From an uncultured Candidatus Entotheonella sp. (GTDB lineage: Bacteria; Tectomicrobia; Entotheonellia; Entotheonellales; Entotheonellaceae), in assembly GCA_965217185.1 (NCBI GenBank), contig OZ244252.1:3296001-3360000 (forward strand): 64,000 nucleotides of DNA, given 5' to 3'. A model generated the notes under the pieces. It searched no databases. It saw only the letters and a list, made by a program, of their open reading frames with translations, and was not told the origin of the DNA. A program made the position numbers and the translations under genes. Below are positions 11,674 to 21,619 of this stretch, in pieces; within the stretch, counting starts at the first letter, position 1, and each line of letters opens with the position of its first letter.

Positions 11674-12854
11674 GGCACCATTCTGGACACGGGCTGGACA
11701 CGTCCCTGCTCGTCAATGACCGTCAGGTAGACGCGGTCGGAACCCTGATTGTCAGCATCACCGTAACGCAGCAGGAAACCGCCAAGATCAATGGTTTCAG
11801 CCGCTTGCAGGGCTTTCAAAAAGCCCTGTTGGGTCGGCGTCGGCCCCGCCAGACGCAGACCCTCCACCACCAAGCGGCCGGCGAGGTAGCCTTCCAGCGA
11901 TACAAAGTCCGGCTCGCTCTCAGGGTCCACCATGGCCAGGGCCTGCCGATACTGGGCGACCACCGGAAGGCTGGTATCCAGGGGAAAGGGTACAACCTGG
12001 GTAATGTAAACTCCGACGCCATCGGGACCGAGTTCCTTGGCAAGGGCGGAACTCCCCACGACGGAAATGTTGACGAAGTAGGGATTGAAGTCGAGCCGTC
12101 GCGACCAGCGGATCAGAGCAGCAGCCGGCTTGTAGGTGCCGATGATGACAATAGCCTCGGGACGCGAGCGCCGCAGGTCGAGCAGGGCGATTTTGATCGC
12201 CTCGGTGCTGCCTGGATAGTCCGCCTCGGCGACAAGGGAAAGGCCGTGTCGAGCGACGGCGCGGCGCAATCCGTTGAGTCCGGCGCGTCCGAAAGAATCG
12301 TTCTGGTAGAGGACACCGATGCGCTGGACGCCCAAGTCCTCAGTCAAGCGAACGACCATCTCTTCGGTTTCCTGATAGTACGAGGCCCGCACGTTGAGGA
12401 CATTGGGGCGCAACTGCGCGACGCGCAAGAACTCGACCCCGGTAAAGGGCGCGATGTAGGGAACACCGCGTTGGGTGGCGATGGGCTGGGCCGCCGCGGA
12501 CGCCGGGGTGCCCACAGCGCCAATCAGCGCAAAGACGTGGCGCCGGTCAATGAACTCACGGGCGTTGGTGATTGCCGTCTCGGGCTCATAGGCGTCGTCG
12601 AGGGATTCGAGGACGAGGCGATAATTATGCACCCCACCTATTCGGTTAACCTCCCTGAAAGCCGCAGACAGACCCAGACGCATGCTTTGGCCCAATAGGC
12701 GCGCCGGTCCCGTCAGGGCGGCGGACTGGCCGAAGACGATCTGTTTGGTGGAGAGCATCTTTGCCAAACTGGCATTTGGCGCTGTTCCGACCACGACCAC
12801 AAGGAAAATGAGCACCCGAAAAACGAGGCACGGATTGTAACCCGCCTTCCACAC
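11670..12854 (-). CDS. Periplasmic substrate-binding protein (LivK/branched-chain amino acid type)
   Basis: Signal-like N-terminus; GQSAALTGP, LDDAYEP, GAVGTP, NVRASY, QNDSFG. Stop overlaps the kinase start. Confidence 0.85.
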   Translation of the reverse strand: MWKAGYNPCLVFRVLIFLVVVVGTAPNASLAKMLSTKQIVFGQSAALTGPARLLGQSMRLGLSAAFREVNRIGGVHNYRLVLESLDDAYEPETAITNAREFIDRRHVFALIGAVGTPASAAAQPIATQRGVPYIAPFTGVEFLRVAQLRPNVLNVRASYYQETEEMVVRLTEDLGVQRIGVLYQNDSFGRAGLNGLRRAVARHGLSLVAEADYPGSTEAIKIALLDLRRSRPEAIVIIGTYKPAAALIRWSRRLDFNPYFVNISVVGSSALAKELGPDGVGVYITQVVPFPLDTSLPVVAQYRQALAMVDPESEPDFVSLEGYLAGRLVVEGLRLAGPTPTQQGFLKALQAAETIDLGGFLLRYGDADNQGSDRVYLTVIDEQGRVQPVSRMVP

Positions 12855-12898
12855 TTCCTTGTTTCCTCACTGAGCTAGGTATGTTTGTCCGATAGCGG

Positions 12899-14071
12899 CT
12901 AGGCAGAAAGCATGGCGTTAAAGCGTAACGCGATGCAGGTAATATCGTCCGATTGCGGCGTGTCTTCGGCAAAGAGCTGCACGGCATCGACCACCTCATT
13001 CACGACATCGCGGGCGGTCGCCTGCTTAAGGCTCGTCAATTTCTCGTCGAGGCGCTCTTCTCCGAACTCCTCGTTACGGGCATTCTGGGCTTCGCTGATG
13101 CCGTCGGTGTAGAGGAAGAGAGTGTCGCCAGGCTTGAGCTGAACTTCGCCATCGGCATAATCGTGTCCGGGAAACACACCCAGCACGACGTTCCCGGTTG
13201 TCGGAAGCACTTCGACCCCGGAATCGCCGCGGACCAAGCGAGGCGGATTGTGGCCGCCGTTGCAATAGCGGAAGCTGCCGTTTCGCAGGTCGAGAATGCC
13301 ATAGAAAACGGTGACGAACACGCAGGACTCGTTGTCCTCAGCCAGCAACTCGTTCACTTCGCTCAGGCAACGGGCGGGAGACGCGAAATTTCTCACCGCG
13401 CCCTTGAGGAGCGTCTGCGTCACCATGGTGAACAGGGCGGCTGGAATTCCTTTACCGGAGACGTCGGCGATGATCAATCCAATCAGCGCATCATCGAGGC
13501 TGAAAAAGTTGTAGAAGTCCCCGCCGATTTCCCGGGCCGGGATCATCATGGCCTGGATTTCGTGGGTTTCACTGTGTGAGCGATCGCGCGGCAGGACCGA
13601 CATCTGCATCTCGGTCGCCACTTCGAGTTCCCGCTTAATGGCAACCAGTCGATCCCTCGATTCAAGGGCGCTTTCCATGGTTTCGATATGTTTCAGGGTC
13701 TTTCGGATCGTGATTTCGAGATCGTTGAAGTCGATGGGCTTGGTGACGAAGTCGAACGCACCCCGGTTCATGGCAGTGCGGATATTTTCCATGTCACCGT
13801 AGGCAGAGACGATGACGGCGCGTATTTCAGGCCGGAGATCCTCGAGTTGGCTCAGCAGCGTGAGGCCGTCCATGACCGGCATGTTGATATCCGACAATAC
13901 GAGGCGGATTTCGGGGTGTTCGGCAAGTTTTTCGAGGGCTTCCTTACCGTTGTGTGCGAAAACGAAATCAATCTCGCCTTGTCGAATGAGCCGACGGAAT
14001 CTCTGGCGGATAAGTAGTTCCAGATCTTCCTCGTCATCTACCACGAGAAGCCGGGTGGGTGATTTGCTCAA
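12899..14071 (-). CDS. Response regulator receiver fused to PP2C/SpoIIE phosphatase (RsbU-like)
   Basis: REC motifs LVVDD, SDINMP, TKP; PP2C motifs IGGDFY, IADVSGKG, YTDG, DDIT. Confidence 0.92.
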   Translation of the reverse strand: MSKSPTRLLVVDDEEDLELLIRQRFRRLIRQGEIDFVFAHNGKEALEKLAEHPEIRLVLSDINMPVMDGLTLLSQLEDLRPEIRAVIVSAYGDMENIRTAMNRGAFDFVTKPIDFNDLEITIRKTLKHIETMESALESRDRLVAIKRELEVATEMQMSVLPRDRSHSETHEIQAMMIPAREIGGDFYNFFSLDDALIGLIIADVSGKGIPAALFTMVTQTLLKGAVRNFASPARCLSEVNELLAEDNESCVFVTVFYGILDLRNGSFRYCNGGHNPPRLVRGDSGVEVLPTTGNVVLGVFPGHDYADGEVQLKPGDTLFLYTDGISEAQNARNEEFGEERLDEKLTSLKQATARDVVNEVVDAVQLFAEDTPQSDDITCIALRFNAMLSA

Positions 14072-14099
14072 GGCCCAAGTCCTCCTTCAAGCGCCGTCT

Positions 14100-14450
14100 T
14101 CACAGCACCGCCAAGGCGTCGTCGCGACTGTCGTAAATCGAGAGGATGGCACTGAAACCGCTGATCTCGAAGATGTGGGCGATGGGGCCGCTGAGCCCGG
14201 AAAACAGCGTCTTTCCCCCTTCTCCTTGCAGGCGGCGAGCCGTCATCAGGAACACCCGCAAGCCGGCGCTGCTGATATAGTTCAAGCCCTTGAAATCGAA
14301 GACCAGAACCTTTTCGCCCGCCTCAAGTTGTTCCCGGATGGTACTTTCCAGGACAGCCGCGTTGCTTCCGTCCACCCGCCCCTGCGGCGAGACGATAACG
14401 GCCTTCTCAACGCGTTCGGTTTGAATCGACAGTGTGCTCTCGTCCGCCAC
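14100..14450 (-). CDS. STAS anti-anti-sigma factor (RsbV/SpoIIAA-like)
   Basis: GRVD..YISSAGLRV..FEISGF STAS signature, including the phosphorylatable Ser. Confidence 0.9.
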   Translation of the reverse strand: MADESTLSIQTERVEKAVIVSPQGRVDGSNAAVLESTIREQLEAGEKVLVFDFKGLNYISSAGLRVFLMTARRLQGEGGKTLFSGLSGPIAHIFEISGFSAILSIYDSRDDALAVL

Positions 14451-14914
14451 TAGCTTTCTCCTTCAATCAAATGTCTCACTGTGATGCGATTGCACCCATC
14501 GACGCGTTCGTATGCTGTGCTGTTGGCGAATTGCTTGACCAGGAAAACCCCGAGCCCTCCGATGGGCCGCTCTTCAAGCCCTAGGGTCGGGTCCGGCTCT
14601 GGGGCCTCCTCGAAAGGGTTGAACGCATCGGCGTTGTCCTCGAGTTGAGCCACCACGGCGCCTTTGTCAACAAGGAGACGCAGCCGAAGTTCGGGTTCAG
14701 GAACTTTAGGTAAGCCATAGGTTATGCTATTTGTGATGAGTTCGTCCAGCATGAGGTTCAGGCGGCTCTGGACCGCGTCGCTCAATGCGTGGGCGGCCCC
14801 GAATTCCTGGATGATGCCCGCGAGCGCCGCAAGGGCGGAAAGGTCCGGGGCAAGGGCAATCTCGACCGTTTTGCTGTCCGGTGAAGGTTCGCAAGGCTGC
14901 ATCAGTTTCTCCAA
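14450..14914 (-). CDS. Anti-sigma factor / Ser kinase (RsbW-like HATPase)
   Basis: DELITNSITYG, FNP, RPIGGLGVFLV. Confidence 0.88.
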   Translation of the reverse strand: MEKLMQPCEPSPDSKTVEIALAPDLSALAALAGIIQEFGAAHALSDAVQSRLNLMLDELITNSITYGLPKVPEPELRLRLLVDKGAVVAQLEDNADAFNPFEEAPEPDPTLGLEERPIGGLGVFLVKQFANSTAYERVDGCNRITVRHLIEGES

Positions 14915-14931
14915 TGGGCGTTCGTCAATGC

Positions 14932-15915
14932 TTAAGGAACGGACGCGAATTCCGTCGGGCAGGACATGTAAGTTCGTTCCAGGGTTTCATGGCATTTCCG
15001 ACACAAAGTGACCAGATCACCGAGAGCATTTCTCCCTTCTTCACCAACCGCCAGGCTCGTTGTCTGACGGGAGAGAATCGAGGCCAGACGACCGGCTATC
15101 TCATGGGGCGCCGCGGAAATTCGCCCCGCAGCCGGCGGGTCGATTGCTTCCAAACTGCCCCGAATTCCGTTCACTGCAAAACACAACGCATGGGGCAGCC
15201 CGGCATCGTATACCAGAAAGTCCAACACCTTTTCTTCCCTGATCTGGGCACCGTGCAATTGACAATAGGCTTCAAAAGCATCGCAGGCCCACAGAAGGCC
15301 AACCCAGTCGCCCCTTCCCTCGGAAGGATCTTTAGTAGCGGCACAGTACGCTTCGAGAAGAGAGCCAACGAGTTGGACGCGCTCGATGAAACGCCCGAGG
15401 CGCATGAAGTGCCATCCTGTGTCCTGACGCATAGAGCTTGCGCAAATGCCGTCGAAGACTTGCACGGCTTGGATGACGTCCCGATACAGCATGGCGGGGT
15501 CGCGCCTCCAGACATCGACGAGCGCGATTTCCTGCAAGCGCAGGTACTCGCGGTTGAGGCTCGACCAGACCGCACTGCTGATGGCGTCGCGTACCTGCCG
15601 AGCGTTTTCCCGAGCCGCGGTCAGGCAGAACATGATGGAGTTGGGATTGGCCGTCTCGAAGGTGAGATAGTCCGTCAAGGTATAGCCGTCAGCGAACAGA
15701 AAGTCGTCTTCGTCTTCCGCACCGCCGTAGGTATCCGCACCTGGGAGCTGGGCGCCGAGACTGCGGAAAAGCCGCCGCCAACCCGCCGCGACGTCCCGGG
15801 CCGGGCTGGAAGGGAGGCGCTCCAACTGCAGCCCGATCAAACGGGCGATATACTCGACACGCTCCAGGTAGCGGTTCATCCAGTAAAATGAATCAGCCAC
15901 CCGCGCAAGCATCAT
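14932..15915 (-). CDS. Alpha-E domain protein
   Basis: MLARVADSFYWMNRYLERVE, ARENAR, LGRFIER (ER motifs); overlaps the ATP-grasp stop. Confidence 0.88.
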   Translation of the reverse strand: MMLARVADSFYWMNRYLERVEYIARLIGLQLERLPSSPARDVAAGWRRLFRSLGAQLPGADTYGGAEDEDDFLFADGYTLTDYLTFETANPNSIMFCLTAARENARQVRDAISSAVWSSLNREYLRLQEIALVDVWRRDPAMLYRDVIQAVQVFDGICASSMRQDTGWHFMRLGRFIERVQLVGSLLEAYCAATKDPSEGRGDWVGLLWACDAFEAYCQLHGAQIREEKVLDFLVYDAGLPHALCFAVNGIRGSLEAIDPPAAGRISAAPHEIAGRLASILSRQTTSLAVGEEGRNALGDLVTLCRKCHETLERTYMSCPTEFASVP

Positions 15916-17423
15916 GGCTCATCCCCTTCAAGGATCCAGGCGTCCTTGGCGCCGCCGCCTTGGCTTGAGTTTACCACGAGGCTGCCCTTGCGCAGAGCCA
16001 CGCGGCAAAGCCCGCCTGGCACCACCCGGGTGTCTTCCCCGTGCAGCACGAATGGTCTGAGGTCCACGTGGCGCGCCTCGAGCCGCCCCTCGACGAGACA
16101 GGGCGCGCGCGATAGGGCGAGCGTAGGCTGGGAAATGTAGTTCTCGGGCTTGGCGCGGAGTTTGTCCGCAAATGCCTCCCGCTCCTCGCGGCTTGCGTGG
16201 GGGCCCACCAGCATGCCGTAACCGCCCGATTCACCCACCGCTTTCACGACCAGGTGCTCGAGGTTTTCGAGCGTGTAGGCCAGCCCTTCGGGTTCCCGGC
16301 ACAGGTGTGTTTCCACGTTGTCGAGGATAGGCTCCTGGTCGAGGTAATAGCGGATCATGCGCGGCACGTAGGCGTATACCGCTTTGTCGTCTGCCACCCC
16401 GGTGCCGGGCGCGTTGGCGAGTGCGACACGACCGGAACGATAGACCTCGAATAGTCCGGGCACCCCGAGGCGGGAATCGGGACGAAAGACTTGCGCATCG
16501 ATGAAATCGTCATCGATGCGCCGGTATAGGACGTCTACAGGATGCAATCCGCGCACCGTTCGCATGCACAACCGTCCGCCGTGCACGAGCAGATCATCGC
16601 CCTTGACGAGTTCAATGCCCATTTCCCTGGCGAGGAAAGCGTGTTCGTAGTAGGCCGAGTTATAAACGCCGGGCGCCAGCAAGGCAATCGTCGGTTCTTC
16701 CTCTTGCTGGGGCGCCAGGGCGCGAAGCACCCGCAGGAGTTCCTGCCCGTAGTGCTCAACCGGTCGCACGTGATAGCGCCGGAAGATCTGGGGAAAGGCG
16801 CGGCGGATCGCATCCCGGCACGCCAGCATGTATGAGACCCCCGATGGCACCCGGAGATTGTCCTCCAGCACCATGAAGCCGTCCCCGGTCCGCACGATGT
16901 CGCTGCCACATACCGACACGTAGGCCCCGAGCGGAACGTTCATGCCCTCCATTTCGGGGCGGTAGTTTGGACAGCCGTACACGAGATCGCGCGGTACCGA
17001 GCCGTCGCGCAGAATGTGTCCCTTATCGTAAACATCCGACAAAAAGAGGTTCAGCGCCTGGACGCGCTGGATAAGGCCACGCTCAATGTGCGCCCATTCC
17101 CGGGCGAGTAGAAGGCGGGGAACGCAGTCGATGGGGAAAGCCCGTTCGATGGACGCCTCGTCGCCATAGACGGTGAAAGTAATACCCTCGTGGAGAAATG
17201 AGCGGGTTACGCGGTCCTGCAGCCGCTCCACCTCTTCCTGCGGCATCCCGCACATTTCGTTGATGAGCATCCAATAGTGGGTGCGCGGCTGCTCTGCGGA
17301 TTCAAACGTCTCGTCGAAAAAGTGGGTGTCGATCTCATAGCGCTCAAAGAGCAACCGCGCCGAGGCGTCGTCCCGGCCTGGAGGCGGTCCGTGTAAATCG
17401 CTCGAGGCTGTGCGGTCTGCCAT
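15912..17423 (-). CDS. Circularly permuted type 2 ATP-grasp protein
   Basis: VLEDNLRVPSGVSY, YRRIDDDF, NAPGTGVADDK, RHVDLRPF, VVNSSQGGGAKD. Confidence 0.92.
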   Translation of the reverse strand: MADRTASSDLHGPPPGRDDASARLLFERYEIDTHFFDETFESAEQPRTHYWMLINEMCGMPQEEVERLQDRVTRSFLHEGITFTVYGDEASIERAFPIDCVPRLLLAREWAHIERGLIQRVQALNLFLSDVYDKGHILRDGSVPRDLVYGCPNYRPEMEGMNVPLGAYVSVCGSDIVRTGDGFMVLEDNLRVPSGVSYMLACRDAIRRAFPQIFRRYHVRPVEHYGQELLRVLRALAPQQEEEPTIALLAPGVYNSAYYEHAFLAREMGIELVKGDDLLVHGGRLCMRTVRGLHPVDVLYRRIDDDFIDAQVFRPDSRLGVPGLFEVYRSGRVALANAPGTGVADDKAVYAYVPRMIRYYLDQEPILDNVETHLCREPEGLAYTLENLEHLVVKAVGESGGYGMLVGPHASREEREAFADKLRAKPENYISQPTLALSRAPCLVEGRLEARHVDLRPFVLHGEDTRVVPGGLCRVALRKGSLVVNSSQGGGAKDAWILEGDEP

Positions 17424-17611
17424 CCTTCACGGCAGTTCCCGGTCCAGAGACAAAAGAATTTATTCAGACCTTTAGTCAACTATCAACGCGCCCGCCATCA
17501 TAGCAGAAACGGGAATACAAGCCTTCTTTTCCTCCTTGTAATTGGGGGATACTGGTGTACTTTAACGGTGTCTCGAGCCCCAGCGTCCTATCTCAGGACA
17601 GGAGTCAGCCC

Positions 17612-18625
17612 ATGGCCGTTCAACCCGTAGAGTTCAATTTGGCCATCCGCCCCAAGCGGCGCTTTGAAATCGTCGACGTTGCGTCCCTGATTCGCGCCCA
17701 AGTCGGCGAGGAGTTGAACCAGTACCGTAAGGCAGCATACTGCTCGTTTCACACCACGGCCGGCTACCTGGAGCAGGCCGTCTGCGCGCGCTTGGGCTAT
17801 AGCCACAAGCAGCTTGCCCCCCTTATCCGCGCCGTGCAGAAAATCTTCCCCCACAACGCCGGCTATTTTCACGATCGTATGCAACTGCGCGACGAGCTCA
17901 GTGAGAGCCAAAAGGAAGAGGAGCCGATCAACGGCGATTCGCACCTGACCTTTATTAGCGCCGGCCTCAACAACTGCGTCATTTATCTCCACCACCCCGA
18001 CGAGCCGGTTTACTTCATCGAGCTCGACGGCATCTACAAGCACCACCTGCGCCAACGCCGCACCACGGTCATGGCGTATTCCGACACGGAAGTGGTGCAT
18101 CGCGGCCGGGTGGAGATTCCGGTCAGCGAAGGCCGGGCGATCGAGGCCTTTAATCTCAAGGACCCCCGCTACGGCCTTTTCTCACAGGTCGCGGACTGGT
18201 CCCGGCAACACGGCATCGAAAAGGGCTATGTCGACATCCGCCTGGCACCCGAAGAAAAGCACGTCGGCATGACCGTCAACGAGTACGAGACCCTGTTGAT
18301 GCGCAACGATTTGCCCCAGGCCCTTATCGACCCGCTGCGCTTCGCGCTCCAGCGCGGCAATGACGTTGTGCAACTCTACAACTACCTGATGGATCAAGTT
18401 CCGGTGGGGCGCTCGATGATCGACCGCATTTTTGCGGCCCTCTCGACACCGGCCAAGCGTATCCTGCGCCTCAAGCGCCACATCCGGCTACTGGTCTCCG
18501 ACAGTGCGGAGGCCGGGTCCAACCACATTCTCCACGGCACCTACCAAAGCCCGATTCTGGTCCAATACCACCCGGCCCCGAACGGCGTGCGCCATCTGAA
18601 CATCGCGCTGCACCGCTTCATCTGA
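17612..18625 (+). CDS. Hypothetical protein with two YjbQ/UPF0047-like halves
   Basis: AGGAG RBS before ATG 17612. YjbQ-like motifs EIVDV, HTTAG, YFHD, NGDSH, FIELDG, then HVGMTVNE and GTYQ. Confidence 0.6.
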   Translation: MAVQPVEFNLAIRPKRRFEIVDVASLIRAQVGEELNQYRKAAYCSFHTTAGYLEQAVCARLGYSHKQLAPLIRAVQKIFPHNAGYFHDRMQLRDELSESQKEEEPINGDSHLTFISAGLNNCVIYLHHPDEPVYFIELDGIYKHHLRQRRTTVMAYSDTEVVHRGRVEIPVSEGRAIEAFNLKDPRYGLFSQVADWSRQHGIEKGYVDIRLAPEEKHVGMTVNEYETLLMRNDLPQALIDPLRFALQRGNDVVQLYNYLMDQVPVGRSMIDRIFAALSTPAKRILRLKRHIRLLVSDSAEAGSNHILHGTYQSPILVQYHPAPNGVRHLNIALHRFI

Positions 18626-18665
18626 ACAGGTGCGGCACGTTACGCCGCTTTCACAGGAATTCCCC

Positions 18666-20483
18666 ATGAACACCGCCGCCTTTCAGCCCGACAGTCTGGT
18701 ACTGTTCAAGAACCGTCCGGCCCGCGTGCTGCAGGCCGGCGACAGCTTAGAAATCGAGCTCGAAAACGGCAAGATGCTAAAAGTGCGGCCCAAGGACGTC
18801 ACGCTGCTACACCCCGGCCCCCTGAAATCCCTGGCCGACCTGCGGGCCGAGGACGGCGATGTGGAGACGGCCTGGGAATTATTGGCGGGCGGCAATACGA
18901 CCCTGGCCGAATTGGCCGAGCTGGTTTATGGCGCTTACACGCCGCCAACGGCGTGGCGGGTCTGGCAGCTCATCGCCGAGGGTCTATACTTTGGCGGCAC
19001 CGTGGCAGAGATCGTTGCGCACACGGCAGAGGAAGTGGCTCGGAAACGCGCCGCACGCGAGGCTAAGGCCGCCGCGGAATACGCCTGGTCCGATTTCATG
19101 GAACGGCTGCGGGCCGGAAAACTGGTCGCCGAAGACCGCCGCCATCTCCGCGAGGTCGAGGCCTTGGCCCTGGGCAAGCGTACCAGCAGCCGCGCGCTGC
19201 GTGAGTTGGGCCGGACGCAGAGCCCCGAGCGCGCCCACGCCCTGCTGTGCGAGTTGGGTCACTGGGACGTTACTGTCAATCCCTATCCGCAACGCCTGGA
19301 GGTGGACACCCACGTTCCCCAGGCCACCCTGCCGGATTTGCCGGATGAGACACGCCTCGATCTCACCCATCTCGACGCTTTCGCCATCGACGACGCGGGC
19401 AGCAAGGACCCCGACGACGCCCTGAGCTGGCACGACAACCGCCTGTGGGTGCACGTCGCCGACGTGGCTGCTCTGGCGCCGCCGGACAGCGACGTGGACC
19501 TGGAAGCACGCGCCCGCGGCTGTAATCTCTACCTGCCGGAGGGCACCATTCCGATGCTGCCGCCCGCCGCCACCCACGCGCTGGGACTAGGGCTGCAGGA
19601 GATATCGCCGGCGCTGTCGTTCGGCTTGGAGGTGAACGCCGACGGTGGCGTCGTGAAGACCGAGATGGTGCCGAGTTGGGTACGTGTCACGCGGTTGACT
19701 TACGGAGAAGTGGAAGCTCGCCTTAAGGACTCGCCGTTCAAGGAACTGATGCGTCTGGCTGAACTGTCGCAAGCCCGGCGGCGTGCCCAAGACGCGGTGT
19801 TCATCGAGTTGCCGGAATTGAAGATTCAGGTGGAAAACGGCCAGGTCAGCTTGCAGCCGCTGGCGCCCCTGAAAAGCCGGGACTTGGTGGCGGAGGCGAT
19901 GCTGCGGGCCGGTGAGGCCGTGGCGCAGCTTGCTTTGGCGCAGAACATCCCTTTGCCGTTTACCACCCAGGCCGTGCCCGAGGCGCCCCAGGCGGTTGAG
20001 GGGCTGGCGGGCATGTTTGCCCTGCGGCGTACCCTGAAGCGCAGCGTGCAAACGGGCGAGCCAGCGCCGCACGCCGGCCTCGGCCTCGCCGCTTATGCCC
20101 GCGCCACCAGTCCCCTGCGACGCTATCTGGATCTGGTAGTGCACCAGCAACTACGGGCATATTTTCGCGGCGACGCGCTACTGGACAGCCAACAGATTCT
20201 CGAGCGCGTCGGCGCCGCCGAGTCCGTTACCTACAACCGTCACCAAGCCGAACGCCTCACTCGCCGACACTGGACGCTTGTTTACCTGCTCGCCCACCCC
20301 GATTGGCGTGGCAACGGCGTTGTCGTCGAAAAACGCGGCCCCCGAACGACCGTCCTCATTCCCGACCTCGGCCTCGAGCCCGTCCTCACCCTCCGCGACA
20401 ACCCGGACTTGAACACCGTCCTTCCCCTGGCCCTTACCGGCGTCTCGCTGCCGGATCTGGAAGCGTATTTCCAGGTTGTGTAG
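18666..20483 (+). CDS. RNB-domain exoribonuclease (RNase II/R family)
   Basis: IDDAGSKDPDDALS, VHVADV, YLPE, TSPLRRYLDL. Confidence 0.9.
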   Translation: MNTAAFQPDSLVLFKNRPARVLQAGDSLEIELENGKMLKVRPKDVTLLHPGPLKSLADLRAEDGDVETAWELLAGGNTTLAELAELVYGAYTPPTAWRVWQLIAEGLYFGGTVAEIVAHTAEEVARKRAAREAKAAAEYAWSDFMERLRAGKLVAEDRRHLREVEALALGKRTSSRALRELGRTQSPERAHALLCELGHWDVTVNPYPQRLEVDTHVPQATLPDLPDETRLDLTHLDAFAIDDAGSKDPDDALSWHDNRLWVHVADVAALAPPDSDVDLEARARGCNLYLPEGTIPMLPPAATHALGLGLQEISPALSFGLEVNADGGVVKTEMVPSWVRVTRLTYGEVEARLKDSPFKELMRLAELSQARRRAQDAVFIELPELKIQVENGQVSLQPLAPLKSRDLVAEAMLRAGEAVAQLALAQNIPLPFTTQAVPEAPQAVEGLAGMFALRRTLKRSVQTGEPAPHAGLGLAAYARATSPLRRYLDLVVHQQLRAYFRGDALLDSQQILERVGAAESVTYNRHQAERLTRRHWTLVYLLAHPDWRGNGVVVEKRGPRTTVLIPDLGLEPVLTLRDNPDLNTVLPLALTGVSLPDLEAYFQVV

Positions 20484-20513
20484 GATCGGATGGGCGACCG
20501 TCATCCGACATCC
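20484..20513. terminator. Possible hairpin terminator between convergent genes
   Basis: CGGATG...CATCCG stem right after the RNase stop; no clear U-tract. Confidence 0.25.
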
Positions 20514-20569
20514 CATCGGCGCCACGCAGGTTGCGGAAGAAAACGGTGCTGCGCTAGAGAAGCACCGTA

Positions 20570-21580
20570 TCAACCGCCGGAAATGGGCGGGATGGGCCAT
20601 ACGGAGGGTGGGAAGTCAAGCGGTGCGCTGAGGTCGCCGCCCCAGACGATGACGCAGCGCAGAAGGATGCCGCCGAGGAGGACGAGGGCGAATTTCGGGG
20701 CGGTGAACAGGACGTTACGCCATCTCAGGGGGCGCGCGCGCCAGTCAAGGAGGAATTCGACAAGGGTGAGGAGCAGGGGGGCGGTGAGGCCAAGTCCGAT
20801 CACGCCCCACCAGAACCAGGGAGCCAAGGCGCCGCGGGTGACATATTGGTATACATACGCGCCGCCTTTGGGAGCCACAAATTCGCCGGTGGGGGCGTGC
20901 TGCCCGGAGCCGGCGAGGTAGGTCATGAAGTTGTAGATCTCGAACAACTCCAGGAGGATGAACAGCGCCACGGCCATGCTGATCCAACGCACGACGCTGT
21001 GCGCGGTCTGCGGCTGTGGGCCACGAAACCACAACGCCACGAGGCCCACCAAGCCGCTTGCCGCCAAGCCGGTGGTGACGCCGGAATTGAGGAACAGAAT
21101 AGGCAGGTACTTGCTCGACCACAACGGCACGAAGGTGCCGCGGCTGAGCAACAAGCCGGTGTAGACGGCAAGCATGAGGAGAACCGGCAGACCCACGAGC
21201 CCCACAAGGCGGCGCACCCAAGCCGCGCCGCCGCGATACCATAGGGCGGCGTAGAGCAGCACCAGCAGGGTGCCGACCCCGACGATCCAGCCGCCGCGCG
21301 TCATCCAAGAGTCATAGTTGGTGAAGAACAGGGGAAACGCCAAGCCGCGTTCCGGCTTGCCGAGGTGCACGGTGAGAAAGAATCCGGCCAGGGCGAGGGT
21401 CACGATGGCACTATACGATGACACCTTCGACACCAATGCAGCGTCCTGCCACTTGCGTTCCAGCAGGTCCGCGACCACGGCAGCCAGAAATATCCCCGAC
21501 GTCAACCCGCCGAAAAACAGGTACAGCGGCACGTGCAGGCTGTAGCTCCACTTTGTTTGCCACAGAATGATCGGTTCCAC
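20570..21580 (-). CDS. nrfD: NrfD/PsrC-family membrane anchor
   Basis: YLFFGGL, HLGKPER, SWMTRG, YTGLLL, PLWSS; about 8 TM segments. Confidence 0.88.
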   Translation of the reverse strand: MEPIILWQTKWSYSLHVPLYLFFGGLTSGIFLAAVVADLLERKWQDAALVSKVSSYSAIVTLALAGFFLTVHLGKPERGLAFPLFFTNYDSWMTRGGWIVGVGTLLVLLYAALWYRGGAAWVRRLVGLVGLPVLLMLAVYTGLLLSRGTFVPLWSSKYLPILFLNSGVTTGLAASGLVGLVALWFRGPQPQTAHSVVRWISMAVALFILLELFEIYNFMTYLAGSGQHAPTGEFVAPKGGAYVYQYVTRGALAPWFWWGVIGLGLTAPLLLTLVEFLLDWRARPLRWRNVLFTAPKFALVLLGGILLRCVIVWGGDLSAPLDFPPSVWPIPPISGG

Positions 21581-21619
21581 GCTGCTCCTCCGGGTCCGGT
21601 CGCGCCGCCCTGATCCGAC

